Origin: Malacoraja senta
Lineage: Eukaryota
Length of the DNA stretch: 64,000 bases
Reading direction: 5' to 3'
NCBI GenBank assembly: GCA_038087875.1
Contig: CM075988.1
Span: forward strand, 6,386,001-6,450,000
This document shows, in pieces, positions 1-10,937 of the stretch. Under the pieces are notes generated by a model. It worked only from the letters and a program-made list of their open reading frames with translations, did not search any database and was not told where the DNA came from. Position numbers and translations under genes: made by a program. Within the stretch, counting starts at the first letter, position 1; the number at the start of each line of letters is the position of its first letter.

Positions 1-58
1 CCAGAGTTCCCTCAGTGCTGCACTGGAGGGTAAGAGGAGATACTTGCATTCAAATTTA

Positions 59-368
59 GGGCAGCACGGTGGCGCAGCAGTAGAGTTGCTGCCTTGCAGC
101 CCCAGACACTCTGACTACAGGTGCTGTCTGTACAGAGTGTGCATGTTCTCCCTGTGAGCACGTGGGTTTTCTGTGGTCTGGGTGTTCTGGTTTCCTCCCG
201 CACTCCAAAGACGTGCAGGTTTACAGGTTAATTGGCTTCTGTAAATTGTCCCTAGTGTGTAGGATAGAACTAGTGTTTGGGTCATCGCTGGTCAGCATGG
301 ACTCGGTGGGCCGAAGGGCCTGTTTCCACACTGTATCTCTAAACAAAACTAAACCAAATTAAACGAAA
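59..368 (+). mobile_element. HE1-like tRNA-derived (V-domain) SINE
   Basis: Head GGGCAGCACGGTGGCGCAGCAGTAGAGTTGCTGCC (A-box-like), core GGTTTCCTCCCGCACTCCAAAGAC, LINE-type tail GGGCCGAAGGGCCTGTTTCCACACTGTATCTC + (TAAAC)n; recurs about 30 times in the window. Confidence 0.85.
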
Positions 369-902
369 CCTCGGGATGTGAGCTGTATCCACACCTTTTT
401 AAATCAGACGAGAACACTGCCAAGTATACCACAGCTGATTCTATTCAAAACTCAGTGCCAACCTCGCTGCCGACTCCAATTTTAGTTAAGACTTGATTGA
501 AAAAGCCAGATGTCTGGTTGAACAGTGGAATCTCACATTTAAGTGGCACAGTTTGGTGCCGTCTGTCTGCACTGCTGCAGCTGTTAAAACCCATGTTTGC
601 TCTCGTTACCAGGGCTGTCAGTTTTGCTGCATTTTTCCCACCACAGGCAATGTCTTTACTGCATAGTCAATGTTTGTGATGAAGTGTTCTGACCAAGTGT
701 ACTTTCCAACACTTCAGGGTTGTAGTGGAGTCTCCAAGACCTGGAAAGGACCAGGGCTGGCATTTGTTCTGAAAGGCAACACATCCAAACGCACTGTACC
801 TGTCAGTCTGGATTATGCTTGGCTTTCTGCTGGTGTTTACAGGGAGACCTCTTGGCTCATAAACAACAGTGTCAGGATAGCAAACCTCATCCAGGATAGT
901 AT

Positions 903-1189
903 TTAGACTTTAGAGATACAGCGTGGAAACAGGGCCCTCTGAGTCTGCACCGACCATGATCACTTTATCTTACACACACGAAGGACAATGTACAATTTTC
1001 AGAACCCAATTAATTTACAAACCTGCCCGTCTTTGGAATGTGGGAGGAAACCACAGCACTCGGAGAAAACCCATGCGGTCACGGGGAGAACGTACAGACT
1101 CTTTACAGCCAGCACCCGTAGTCGGAATCGAACCCAGATCTCTGGCGCTGTAAGGCAACAACTCTACCAATGCGCCATCATGCTGCCCT
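903..1189 (-). mobile_element. HE1-like SINE
   Basis: Reverse complement of the same head/core/tail; B-box seen as ATCGAACCC on +. Confidence 0.85.
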
Positions 1190-2405
1190 GTAATAAAAAT
1201 TAATTAATTTTAAATTTATGCCCATTAGCTTCAGGAGTGGGGGCATGTTTCCGTAATCCCTATTCTCCAAGGTCACGTTCCTCGTTCCCATCCCCACACC
1301 CTTGAAACATTTTTTCTGACGTTCCTATGTTTATTTAAAATAGAAAAACACAGACCTCAGGGGTTAAGGTGGGACTGAGTGATTTTACCACGAGCAAAAG
1401 AGAAGGTTCTTTAGCAACGAAATATTGGTGGAGGATGATGAGGTGTCAAGTGTTGGGTCCAACGAGAATTGTGCGCAAGCCAGAAATTCAACACAAAACC
1501 TGAATTGAACAAGGTGAAACAGACGCATCATTCTATTTCCACATCAGACTGGCGCGCGCCGTGAAGGGGAACCTGCCAGTGGTGGTGCACCCCTGCACCG
1601 CTCCCCCCTCTTGCTAGTAAAGGGCACAGGTCTGGGAGGTGCAGTCAGATTTCTACTCCATTCCTTGACTACCTGCTAAACATGCATTGCCTTTTACGTC
1701 TGGTATGTTTGTGACCAAATAACGGAAGTGTTTCCGAAATGGGAAAACACTCCTTTTATTGCCTGCAGCCGGCATGAGATCAACTGTTCAACTTTTCCAC
1801 TCCACTCCACTCACTCTCTCTCTCTCTCTGCAACCTCTCCTCACATCTCCAACACATCATTCCCCAAAGACCCGGCCCAACATTGAATTAAACTTCCAGA
1901 CCAGAGCAGAGCTGTTTCGTGATGCATTAGTCACTAGCTGTGTTTTTCTAGTGTTTGCATCTTTTTTTCTTCTCTTTTCTGACGGCATTTTCTCGTATGT
2001 ATCAATCGTTGGCTAATTGCACCACTTGCGGCCCTGCCTTTTACCATTCACTGCACGTTTCCCAACCTCCTTCTCCCCGCTCCATCTCCACTTTGGTCAT
2101 TGGATTCCTCCTGCCCTCCACTCTTATCTCAATTCTACATATCGTTGCATCTTAAAACTTATCTTTAACCTCCAATGCTGAATCACTGACCTGAAACGTC
2201 GCCTATTTCCTTCGCTCCATAGATGCTGCCTTACCCGCTGAGTTTCTCCAGCTTTTTTATCGACCTGAAACATTAAATCTCTTTCTCCATAGATGCTACC
2301 TGAACTGCTGAGCACATCCAGGATTTTCTGTTTAATATTTGAGGCATCTGAACTCCTTGTACTTCCACCTCCTTTGGACCTCACTTCATCAATAAACATC
2401 AGGCT

Positions 2406-2554
2406 GAAGGTAGACACAAGATGCTGGAGTAACTCAGCGGGACAGGCAGCATCTCAGGATAGAAGGAATGGAAATGCTGCCTGTCCTGCTGAGTTACTCC
2501 AGCATTTTGTGTCTACCTTCGGTGAAAAACCAGCAACTGCAGTTCCGCCCTACA
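2406..2554. mobile_element. Penelope-derived foldback (inverted pseudo-LTR) insertion
   Basis: Inverted arms GAAGGTAGACAC..GCTGGAGTAACTCAGC..GGCAGCAT / ATGCTGCC..GCTGAGTTACTCCAGC..GTCTACCTTC; exact 15-bp TSD AATAAACATCAGGCT at 2391-2405 and 2555-2569. Confidence 0.8.
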
Positions 2555-2924
2555 AATAAACATCAGGCTATAATTTCCCAGAGAATCACTGACCTCATCT
2601 CCTCAATGGTTCAATGGTACTTTAGTTGTCACATGTACTGAGGTACAGTGAATTTCATTTTTGTTTACAGTTCAGTACAAGTATCACTATGCATAAGCAC
2701 TTAGATACATCTTAGATAAACATTTCAGATACGGTACAAGTGTGTGGCAGTAGTACACTGAGAGTCGCCAGATTTGGTGCCCTTTTCAAGTCTCCGTTGT
2801 TGTAGGTAAGTGTAGTTCTTAATCTGACCATGAAGGCCTGTTGACCTGGCAGTGTTGCAGGGTCGGCCTTGCCAGGCGTGGCCGTTGGTGCCCTCACCAC
2901 TGCTCCACTGCTCTGTGCCGGTTC

Positions 2925-3090
2925 AAGGCTCACACCATTGGGTTGTAAGCGACCCAAGCGGAGTATGAGGTGCTGTTCCTACAGTTTGCATGTGGCTCCC
3001 ACTCTGGCAATGGAGACCCAGGACAGAATGGTCAATGTGGGAATGGGAAGGGTGGATAAAGTGGCTAGCAACCGGGAGATCCAGTAGGTC
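2925..3090 (-). mobile_element. Penelope-like element GIY-YIG endonuclease C-terminal relic
   Basis: Frameshifted minus-strand translation LPVASHF..PSHSH.D.SVLGL..CKL*EQHLILRLGRLQPNG, homologous to the 5674-5829 peptide. Confidence 0.75.
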
Positions 3091-3099
3091 ATGACAAAG

Positions 3100-3265
3100 T
3101 GGCTTTGTCCTGCACCTCTTCCACCGAATTCCCTCCCCTCCCCCCCCCCCCCTTCCCCATCACAATTAATCTGAAGACGAGTCCCGGCCCGAAACGTCAC
3201 CTACCCATGTTCTCCAGAGATGCTGCCTGACCCCCACTGAGATACTCCAGCACTTTTGTGTCTCA
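3100..3265 (+). mobile_element. Penelope pseudo-LTR with degenerate hammerhead-like core
   Basis: CTGAAGA-CGAGTCCCGGCCC-GAAACGTC at 3171-3198 followed by family sequence CCAGAGATGCTGCCTGAC..ACTCCAGCA. Confidence 0.7.
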
Positions 3266-3424
3266 TGCTCCTGGTTTTGTGCCTTCTCTTGCTGCCATGA
3301 ACCAGGATACGGTCTTTCCAGCCCATCAGATAGAACATAGAGCATGGAAAGCTACAGCACAAGAACAAGCCCTTTAGCCCACAATGTCTTCGAACAAGAA
3401 GCCAAGGGAAACTAATCTCCTTTA

Positions 3425-3752
3425 AGGGCCTGTCCCACTTACGAGACTTTTTCGGCGACTGCCGGCACCCGTCATAGGTTGCCGAAAATTTTCAACATGT
3501 TGACAATTCAGCGGCGACCAGAAAGACGCTACGACTTTGGGTGATTCGGAGACTACTCACGACCATACAGGCGACACCCTGGCGACATGTCACGGGGTGA
3601 AGCCTGGATGGTCGTGAGTAGTCGCCCAAAGAGTCGTACCTTGTTCTGGTCGCTGCTGGATTTTCAACATGTTGAAAGTTTTCGGCCACCTGTAATGACC
3701 TATGACAGGTGCCGGCAGTCGCCGAATAAGTCGCATATGTGGGACAGGCCCT
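3425..3752. mobile_element. PIF/Harbinger-type MITE (near-complete palindrome)
   Basis: TIR AGGGCCTGTCCCAC / GTGGGACAGGCCCT, TTA TSD (3422-3424, 3753-3755); inserted into a minus-strand CR1 3' fragment. Confidence 0.85.
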
Positions 3753-3944
3753 TTACCTGCACAAGATCCATATCCCTCCCTTCCCTCCATTTCCATGTGC
3801 ATCTTTAAAAGCATCATAAATGTCACTACCCTATCAGCCTCCACCACCACCCCTTGCAGTGCATTCCAGGCAACTACCACCATCTGTGTAAAAAAGAAAA
3901 TTGCCCCACTTATCTCCTTTATAATTTGGCCCTCTCTCTTCGCC

Positions 3945-4455
3945 AACAGTCTGCTCGTCCCTTCTCTGTTTTTATTATTTTAATTATGTCTTAAATGTAT
4001 GTTTCAATGTCTCTTGGTTAGTTTATGTGGGGGTGGATGGGGGTGGGGGGGGGTGGAATAGGGGGAAACTTTTTTTCGGGCACTTACCTCGACGGAGATA
4101 TGATTTTTCTCCGTTTCGCATTTCCAGTAAGAAGTGGCCAACTCGGGAGTGTTCCAATCCGTCCCAACGCCGGAGTTTCAATCATCCCGACGAGAGGGCC
4201 TGGACATCGGACCGTCGGCAACGGCAAGTGCGGAGGGTTCAAGGCCCCGACCAATGGTGAACTAAGACGAAGATGCCTGAATTTTATTGCCTTCCATCAC
4301 AGTGGGGAATGTTGATTCCACTGTGGTGGATGTTTTTGGTACATTTTATTTTACGTGAATATTGTGTTATTTTCACTTAGTATGGCTGTATGGTAACTCA
4401 AATATCACTTTACCTTAATCGGTGCATCCGACAATAAATGTGAACTTGAACTTAA
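3945..4455 (+). mobile_element. LINE 3' fragment (Rex1/Babar- or L2-like UTR)
   Basis: Ends GACAATAAATGTGAACTTGAAC; segment CCTTCCATCACAGTG..GTGGTGGATGTT shared with 37983-38440 (-) and about 40365-40515. Confidence 0.5.
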
Positions 4456-4654
4456 ACTTAAAGCTAGGCCCTCTAGTATTTGACATTTCCACCCAGGAAA
4501 AAAAGGTTCTGACTGTCTACACTATCTATCCCATTCATAATGTTATATACTTCTATCAGGTCTCCCTTCAATCTCCAGCGTTCCAAAGAAAATAATCCAA
4601 CTTCCTCCACAATTTGTGACACTTCTGAAGAGGTGCCATCACTAATCGACTGGT

Positions 4655-5060
4655 CTTGTATTCACTGGAATTTGGAAGGATGAGAGGAGATCTTATAGAA
4701 ACATATAAAATTCTTAAGGGATTGGGCAGGCTAGATGCAGGAACAATGTTCCAATGTCGGGGGAGTCCAGAACCAGGGGTACCAGTTTAAGAATAAGGGG
4801 TAGGCCATTTAGGACTGAGATAAGGAAAAAGATGAGTTGTGAATCTGTGGAATTCTCTGCCACAGAAGGCAGTGGAGGCCAATTCATTGGATGTTTTCAA
4901 GAGAGAGTTAGGTATAGCTCTTCAGGCTAACGGAATCAAGGGATATGGGGAGAAAGCAGGAACGGGGTACTGATTTTGGATGATCAGCCATGATCATATT
5001 GAATGGTGGTGCTGGCTCGAAGGGCTGAATGGCCTACTCCTGCACCTATTTTCTATGTTT
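4655..5060 (+). mobile_element. CR1 LINE 3' end
   Basis: Encodes LYSLEFGRMRGDLIETYKILKG..VVNLWNSLP; tail GGCCTACTCCTGCACCTATTTTCTATGTT. Confidence 0.9.
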
Positions 5061-5084
5061 ATAATCACACCATTCCCTTTCCTT

Positions 5085-5250
5085 TGCTTTCAGCTTTCTG
5101 AAGGGACCAATGCGTCTGCTAGGGTTTGATTCCACCTCCGCCAACGCCCTCCCCTCTTCCCACGTCCCTCCGCAACAGGAAATGAAACACCTGCCCTCTA
5201 CCTCCGCCTGTCCACTGTCCAGGATCCTAAGCATCTCTCCAGATGGAGCA
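5085..5250 (+). mobile_element. Penelope RT-to-endonuclease linker relic
   Basis: Degenerate RNRK*NTCP..TVQDPKH, homologous to the 20940-21160 relic. Confidence 0.5.
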
Positions 5251-5669
5251 AGTTACTACAATAACACATAGACCATATATAATAATCAAAAATACAAAAA
5301 TAAATAACTGTAAATCCAGGTAACCACAATAGGGTAGTGCAACCTAAGCCATGGTTCACAGAACTGCACAAAATAATTCAAATGCAGCCTAACCAAAGTC
5401 CTGTAACCTCAATTCCACATTGATGCCTATCCCCAGCGAGCTCTCACTCAACACTACTCACCTCTGTCATAAATGGGCAATTGTTTATTGTAAAACACAA
5501 CCCTGTTTGAGATTCTCCCACAAGAGATAGTGTTTTCTCCACATGCTCCTGTGGAGACTGCTCAGAGTGTTAGAGGTTTCAATCATGGCCCCTTTCACTC
5601 TTCTGCACCCCAGTGGATACAACCCTAGTTTGCTGAGCTTTCCTCATAGAATATTCCACCTATTCCACA

Positions 5670-6162
5670 ACTTTTTAACTCCCTTTTCGATTCCGATACT
5701 GACCTTTCTGTCCTGGCCCTCCTCCATTGTCAGAGTGAGCCCAAACGCCAATTGGAGGAACAGCACCTCATATTTCACTTGGGCAGCTTACACCCCAGCG
5801 GTATGAACATTGAGTTGAACTTCAAGTAACCCTTGCATCCCCTTTCTCTCCGTCCCTCCCCAACCTAAGCCATCGTACTAGTTTCCCTGTCACAATGCTT
5901 AGTTTCACAGTTTGTATCACTCATCCCTTGAATCACCTTCCCCACAGCCAACAATAGACCATTGTGGGCTCCACCTATCCTTGATCATTGTTGCTGGCCT
6001 TTTGCATACCTTTCATTAATTTGTTCTATGTACCTTTTCATATCTCTCATTTCTCTCAGTCTGAAGAAGGCTCTTCACCCGAAACGTCACCTATTCCTTT
6101 CCTTTTCTCCGGGGATGCTGCCTGACCCACTGAGTTACTCCAGCTTTTTGTGTCTACCTTCA
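5670..6162 (+). mobile_element. Penelope-like element 3' end: GIY-YIG C-terminus + pseudo-LTR
   Basis: 5674-5829 reads FNSLFDSDTDLSVLALLHCQSEPKRQLEEQHLIFHLGSLHPSGMNIELNFK* (typical PLE R..E..I..L....P.G.N end); then CTGAAGA..GAAACGTC at 6061-6088. Confidence 0.85.
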
Positions 6163-6434
6163 TCCAAAAAATCTTCTCTGAACTGCTTCCAATGCATTTA
6201 CATAGTTCCTTAAAAAAGCATACTCCAGAGGAAATCTCCTGTAAAAGTGAAGCACAACCTTGCTATTGTATTAAATTCCCCTAGCAATAAACAATAACTC
6301 TCTGTTCCTAATTCCTGCTGTACTCCCATGCTAGCCTTTTGCTGATCATTCAGTCATTTAACCCATTCCAAACCTATGGATCCTTTTGCTTTCCCACCTG
6401 TCCTTCTGTCATCAACACATTTGACCACAATACA

Positions 6435-7065
6435 GAAACAAGGAACTGCAGATGATGGGTTAGCAAAAAACCCACAAAATGCTGGAGGAACTCAGTGGGT
6501 CAGGCAGCATCTCTGAAGAACATGGATAGGTGACCTTCTTCAGGTGGATTGTGGTGGGGGTGGGGGAAAGCTGGGAGAGGAGAGAGGAGGGACATAGATT
6601 GGAAAATAATAGGTGGATACAGATGAGGGGTGGTTTTGAAAGGCAGATGGTTAGACAAAGGCCAGAGATGAAAAGACAGGTGTGAGACAAAAGGATTGGT
6701 TTTGAATTGTGAAGCTAGAGGAAGGAATATGGGTGGAAGGGGTGGGGGAGGGGAGAAATGGGTGCAAATCCAGGTTGGACACATGGGAGGGGGGTGGGAG
6801 AAAGGGGTGGGGGGGTGGGGGGGAAGAAGGTGGAGTCTGTAGTTAGCTATTGTTCATACCCTTGTGTGTAAGCAACCCAAGCAGAATATGAGGTGCTGTT
6901 CCTCCAGTTTGCATGTGGCCTCAATCTGTCAGCGGAAGAGGCCCAGGACAGAAAGGTCAGTATGGGAATGGTAAGATTAGGTAAAAATGGTTAGCAACCG
7001 GATCATCCAGTAAGCCTTGGCAGACCAAGCACATGTGTTTGGTGAAATGGTCGCCCAGTCTATGC
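6435..7065 (-). mobile_element. Penelope-like element 3' end (tail-to-tail with 5670-6162)
   Basis: Minus translation RLGDHFTKH..PVANHF..HTDLSVLGL..CKLEEQHLIF; pseudo-LTR end GGAACTGCAGATG on +. Confidence 0.8.
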
Positions 7066-7169
7066 CACCAACCCAGGCAGCGCATTCCAGGCACTCATGG
7101 CCCTTTGTGTAAAATACCTGCCCCGCGCATCTCCTTTAAACTTTGCCTCTCTCACCTTAAAAGAACCGC

Positions 7170-7900
7170 AGCCATCTCTAAATAACAGATTTCCATTTTC
7201 TGTCTCCCTCCTTTCTGGAATAGGGGTTTAGCATTTGTAGTTTCCTGTCTGCAAGGACCTTTCTCAAGAATCTCAGGAACCTGACCGAATGTCAGGAATT
7301 TCGAAGGATCATGATTAATTCATCCACTATCTTTGCAGCCACTTTTTCTACGAGAAAGTCAGGTCGGGGGGAGTTCCCCCCGCCACGGGTACCATGTAAT
7401 CCCGTGCTATCTGCTCCATGGTAGGATAGTCGGCAACTAAACTGTCTCCCCCACCTGGTTTGCCAGGTGAGGAGGGGGCTGTGGACCCCCAGCAGGACCA
7501 AAAACAAGACCTGTCAAAGGGCAGATGAGCTTCTAGCGAGCCAACGGCCATCTACACTTCAGTAGAAGTTGCGATCACTGATGTACATAGCATTGTTAAG
7601 AGTGATGATAAAACACACACACCTAAATCCTATACTTCCAGCGGCGGAAGTCCGCAGGAACTGGAGGACAGAGATGTGGTGCGTCCGTCACCGTTCCCGT
7701 TGGAAACCAGCATCACCGCGTCGCTAATGTTTTCAACGATGATGAATGAATGAATGAATTTTCTACGACCCCAGAATGCCATTTCAGATCCAGGAACCTG
7801 TCAGGATTTACTTTCTTGAGATTGCTGAGGTTCTTTTCTCCAGGGATTGCAATTTAAAAAAAAATTCCTCCCTCTCCTTTGCCTCTGGATTTTCTATAAT
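7170..7900 (-). mobile_element. Old CR1 reverse-transcriptase relic, interrupted at 7354-7758
   Basis: Minus ORF end VAAKIVDELIMILRNS resembles CR1 KEVAxEIVDALVMIFQNS. Confidence 0.6.
7354..7758 (+). mobile_element. Short structured non-LTR retroelement, probably bipartite RTE-derived
   Basis: Exact 10-bp TSD TTTTCTACGA (7344-7353, 7759-7768); (ATGA)n tail; GAGGACAGAGATGTG (EDRDV) resembles an RTE ORF end; five hairpins in the 5' half. Confidence 0.6.
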
Positions 7901-8194
7901 TGCGATTCTTTTCGCTTCTTCAACTATGAAGGCATGGCACTATTTTGACACCAATAGGGGAACTCTTGCTGGTATCCAGTAGATTTTCATCTGTCCAACA
8001 ACATCACTGGGACCACACCGTGGCGCAGTGGTAGAGTCGCTGCCTTACAACTCGTACAGCGCCAGAGACCCGGGTGTGACCCCGACTACGGGTGCTGTAT
8101 ATACGGAGTTTGTACAGAACAAACTCCCCGTGACCTGCGTGGGTTTTCTCCGAGATCTTCCGTTTCCTCCCACACCCCCAAAAACTACAGGTTT

Positions 8195-8380
8195 CATTAA
8201 TATTATTAATATTTAATTATTAATATTATTAACATTATAAATATATTAATATTATTAATGTTTAATGTTTTATGTGTCATTCCTAACTGTCGCTGCATGT
8301 CATGTTGTCACTTGTGGGCAGAGCACCAAGGCAAATTCCTTGTATGTGAATACTTGGCCAATAAACGTATTCATTCATTC
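8195..8380 (+). mobile_element. LINE 3' tail (L2/Rex-like) with AT-rich 5' segment
   Basis: Ends GGCCAATAAACGTATTCATTCATTC; GTTT on both sides within the SINE. Confidence 0.6.
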
Positions 8381-8444
8381 GTTTGTAGGTTAATTGACTT
8401 GGTATTAAATGTAAATTGTCCCTAGCGTGTGTAGGATAGTGTTA

Positions 8445-9285
8445 AAGGCCTGTCTCACGGGTATGCGGTTACTGGCGGTTACTGGCGGTGAAGCAGGAAG
8501 TCGGGACCGCTCGTGGACCGCCAGAGACCGCGCATGGCCCGCGGGGTTGGCCCCACGCACACCGCACGGTGCTCACAAAAAGTCAACAACGTTAAAAAAT
8601 GTTGTCCTACCGCACAGCCGCCGCCAGTGCGGCACGAGCACCGCCAGTGTGGCACGAGCACCGCCACAGCCGCCGCCAGTGTGGCACGAGCACCGCCACA
8701 GCCGCCGCCAGTGCGGCACGAGCACCGCCAGTGTGGCACGAGCACCGCCACAGCCGCCGTCAGTGTGGCACGAGCACCGCCACAGCCGCCGCCAGTGCGG
8801 CACGAGCACCGCCACAGCCGCCGCCAGTGTGGCACGAGCACCGCCACAGCCGCCGCCAGTGTGGCACGAGCACCGCCACAGCCGCCGCCAGTGCGGCACG
8901 AGCACCGCCACAGCTGCCGCCAGTTCGCCGTGAGCACCATTAGCACCGCCACAGCGCCGCGAGCCGAATTGACATCATCGCGTAGCGCGTTACGTTGCGT
9001 GATGACGTCCTCACCCGATGCTGCGCGACATCCATTCCAGTCGGCCCGTGGGACAGGCCGTGCGGTGACCACCCGGCATACGCGCGGCAACAGCTTCCGG
9101 TAAGGTTTAATTGTTTTTTACTTACCTCAAGCTCGTGGGACCGGCCGTATGGAGATCACTTGGCCCCCGCGCGGCATCCGTGCGGCGCTCCCGCGGCATA
9201 CGCGCGGCTCTCTCACGGTAGCCGCGCGGTCCTCGCTTCCAGCAACGCCGCGCTTCACCGCCAGTAACCGCCTGCCCGAGGGCCA
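8445..9285. mobile_element. GC-rich Harbinger-type non-autonomous element
   Basis: Left end AAGGCCTGTCTCACGGG, subterminal IR GCGGTTACTGGCGGTGAAGC / GCTTCACCGCCAGTAACCGC, TTA TSD (8442-8444, 9286-9288). Confidence 0.7.
8612..8922. repeat. GC-rich minisatellite, 32-bp unit with 20-bp variant
   Basis: Unit CAGCCGCCGCCAGTGYGGCACGAGCACCGCCA; source of the repetitive ORFs at 8427-9103. Confidence 0.9.
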
Positions 9286-9534
9286 TTAGTGTGCGGGGAT
9301 TGCTGGTCGGTGCAGACTCACTGGGCTGAAGGGACTGTTTCTGCGCTGTATCTCTGAACTAAACTAAAAAATTAACAGATCATCTGAGTATTATCACTTT
9401 GATGCTAGTGGAAGTGAGCGTTGTGAATTGCTATTGTGTACTCTATTTTACAATAGAGATTTCCCTCTTTAAATGTGTCACTGGCTGCAAAGTCCTGTAG
9501 GATGTCATGTTGGTGAAATCCATGAAGCAATGTT

Positions 9535-10043
9535 GGGCGGGCGGCACAGTGGTTGTTCGACAGTGGTAGAGTTGCTGCTTTAAGGGCCTGTCCCACTTAC
9601 GCTATTTTTTCCGGCCACATGGTGACACCTGTATGATCGTGAGTAGTCACCCAAAGAGTCGTACCTTTTTCTGGTCGCCGCTGGATTTTCAACATGTTGA
9701 ACATTTTCGACGACCTGCTGCGACTATGACGGGTGCCGGCAAGTCGCCCAAAAAAATCAAGTAAGTGGGACAGGCCCTTTACAAAGCCAAAGACCTGGGT
9801 ACGATCCCGAGCTCGGGTGCCATCTGTACGGAGTTTGTACATTCTCCCTGTAACCACTTGGGTTTTCTCCACATGCTTTGGTTTCCTCCAAAGACGTACA
9901 GGTTTTGTAGGTTAATTGACTTCTGTTAATTGTAAATTGTCGCTAGGGTGTAGTATAATGTTAATCTGCGGGGATTGCTGGTTGGCGCAGACTCGGTCGG
10001 CCAAAGGGCCTGTTTCCACGCCAACTAAACAAAACTAAACTAA
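9535..10043 (+). mobile_element. HE1-like SINE interrupted by a MITE
   Basis: GTAGAGTTGCTGCTTTA|MITE|CAAAGCCAAAGACC..; tail with (TAAAC)n. Confidence 0.8.
9583..9778. mobile_element. Harbinger-type MITE, internally deleted relative of 3425-3752
   Basis: TIR AGGGCCTGTCCCACTTAC / GTAAGTGGGACAGGCCCT; TTA TSD (9580-9582, 9779-9781). Confidence 0.85.
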
Positions 10044-10094
10044 AAAGTCAGCTCTGCATCTGGAAGATAAGTAATGTATGGGAACAAAGAGGAA

Positions 10095-10900
10095 TCAGCC
10101 TGAAGACCAACCAAAGGTGTATCGTGCTGCTGCCATAACCACCTGAACCATCACATCACCAACTAGAGGGCAGTCCTGACCTAACATCTACCTCATTGGA
10201 GACCCTCAGACTATCTTTAATTGGACTTTACTGAACTATCTTGTACTAACATGTATTCCCTTTATCCTGTATCTGTACACTGTGGATGGCTCGATTGTAA
10301 TCATGTGTAGTATTTCTGCACACAACAACAAAACTTTCATTGTGCCCTGATACGTGACAATAAACTAAAGTAAAGAAAATGAAACTAAACTAAACTAAAC
10401 TAAACTAAGTTAAAATAAGTTAAGCTAAATTAAGCTAAAATAAACTAAGATAGATTAAGCTAAGCTCAGCTAAAGTAGGCTAAACTAAACTAAACACTCT
10501 ATGGAGACATGGACAGTGTACAATAGACATGCCGGACACCTTAACCACTGTCTGCTGCAGGGGACTTCCCATCAAGTGGCAAGACAAGACTCCAGACACC
10601 CAGACTCGGTCCCAGACATCCCTCCGCAGCATAGTGCTGAAAGAATCACAGTTAAGGCGGATAGGACAAGTCCAAAGAATGCCTGATGACGGAAGACCAA
10701 AGCAGCCACTCTGCAGCTGACTTCAAAGCCTCTCTTGGAACGTCCCTAAAGAGATTCGGCACTGACGCACACAACTGGAGACCACAACCACTGGATTGTC
10801 CTGGCTTGGGGTAGCTGTATAAACTGTTGTGCTCGCTCACACGAGGAAGCCAGAAAGAATTGAGGAAGAGAGAATCTCAAAAAAACAACAACCACTACTG
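10095..10900 (+). mobile_element. RTE-clade (BovB-like) LINE relic, split at 10143-10494
   Basis: KVYRAAAIT then ETWTVYNRHAGHLNH, IKWQDKTPDT, QLRRIGQVQRMPDDGRPKQ. Confidence 0.75.
10143..10494 (+). mobile_element. Rex1/Babar LINE 3' UTR with degenerate (TAAAC)n tail
   Basis: Matches the 3' part of 16215-16675; CGTGACAATAAAC then (TAARC)n. Confidence 0.7.
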
Positions 10901-10937
10901 CTACGGCATACGTCATCTCTGTCACTGTCATTGTAAC

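Larger units (their letters stand above)
8010..9368 (+). mobile_element. HE1-like SINE interrupted by a LINE tail and a MITE
   Basis: Head 8010-8194, middle 8381-8444, tail 9289-9368 reconstitute one SINE. Confidence 0.8.
7925..9532 (+). mobile_element. Deu-domain (SacSINE1/AmnSINE1-type) SINE relic split by younger insertions
   Basis: CATGGCACTATTTTGA..CCAACAACATCACT (to about 8008) resumes at about 9370 as AACAGATCATCTGAGTATTATCAC..TGGCTGCAAAG; collinear with 16975-17195. Confidence 0.6.

Noticed and set aside
3492-3503. p53 response element in the MITE palindrome
   Set aside because: CAACATGTTG misses RRRCWWGYYY at both outer positions and is a single half-site.
8427-9103. Five overlapping 112-203 aa ORFs; superficially CRISPR-like regular repeats
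   Set aside because: Products of a stop-free GC-rich 32/20-bp minisatellite; no unique spacers, no cas genes, eukaryotic context.
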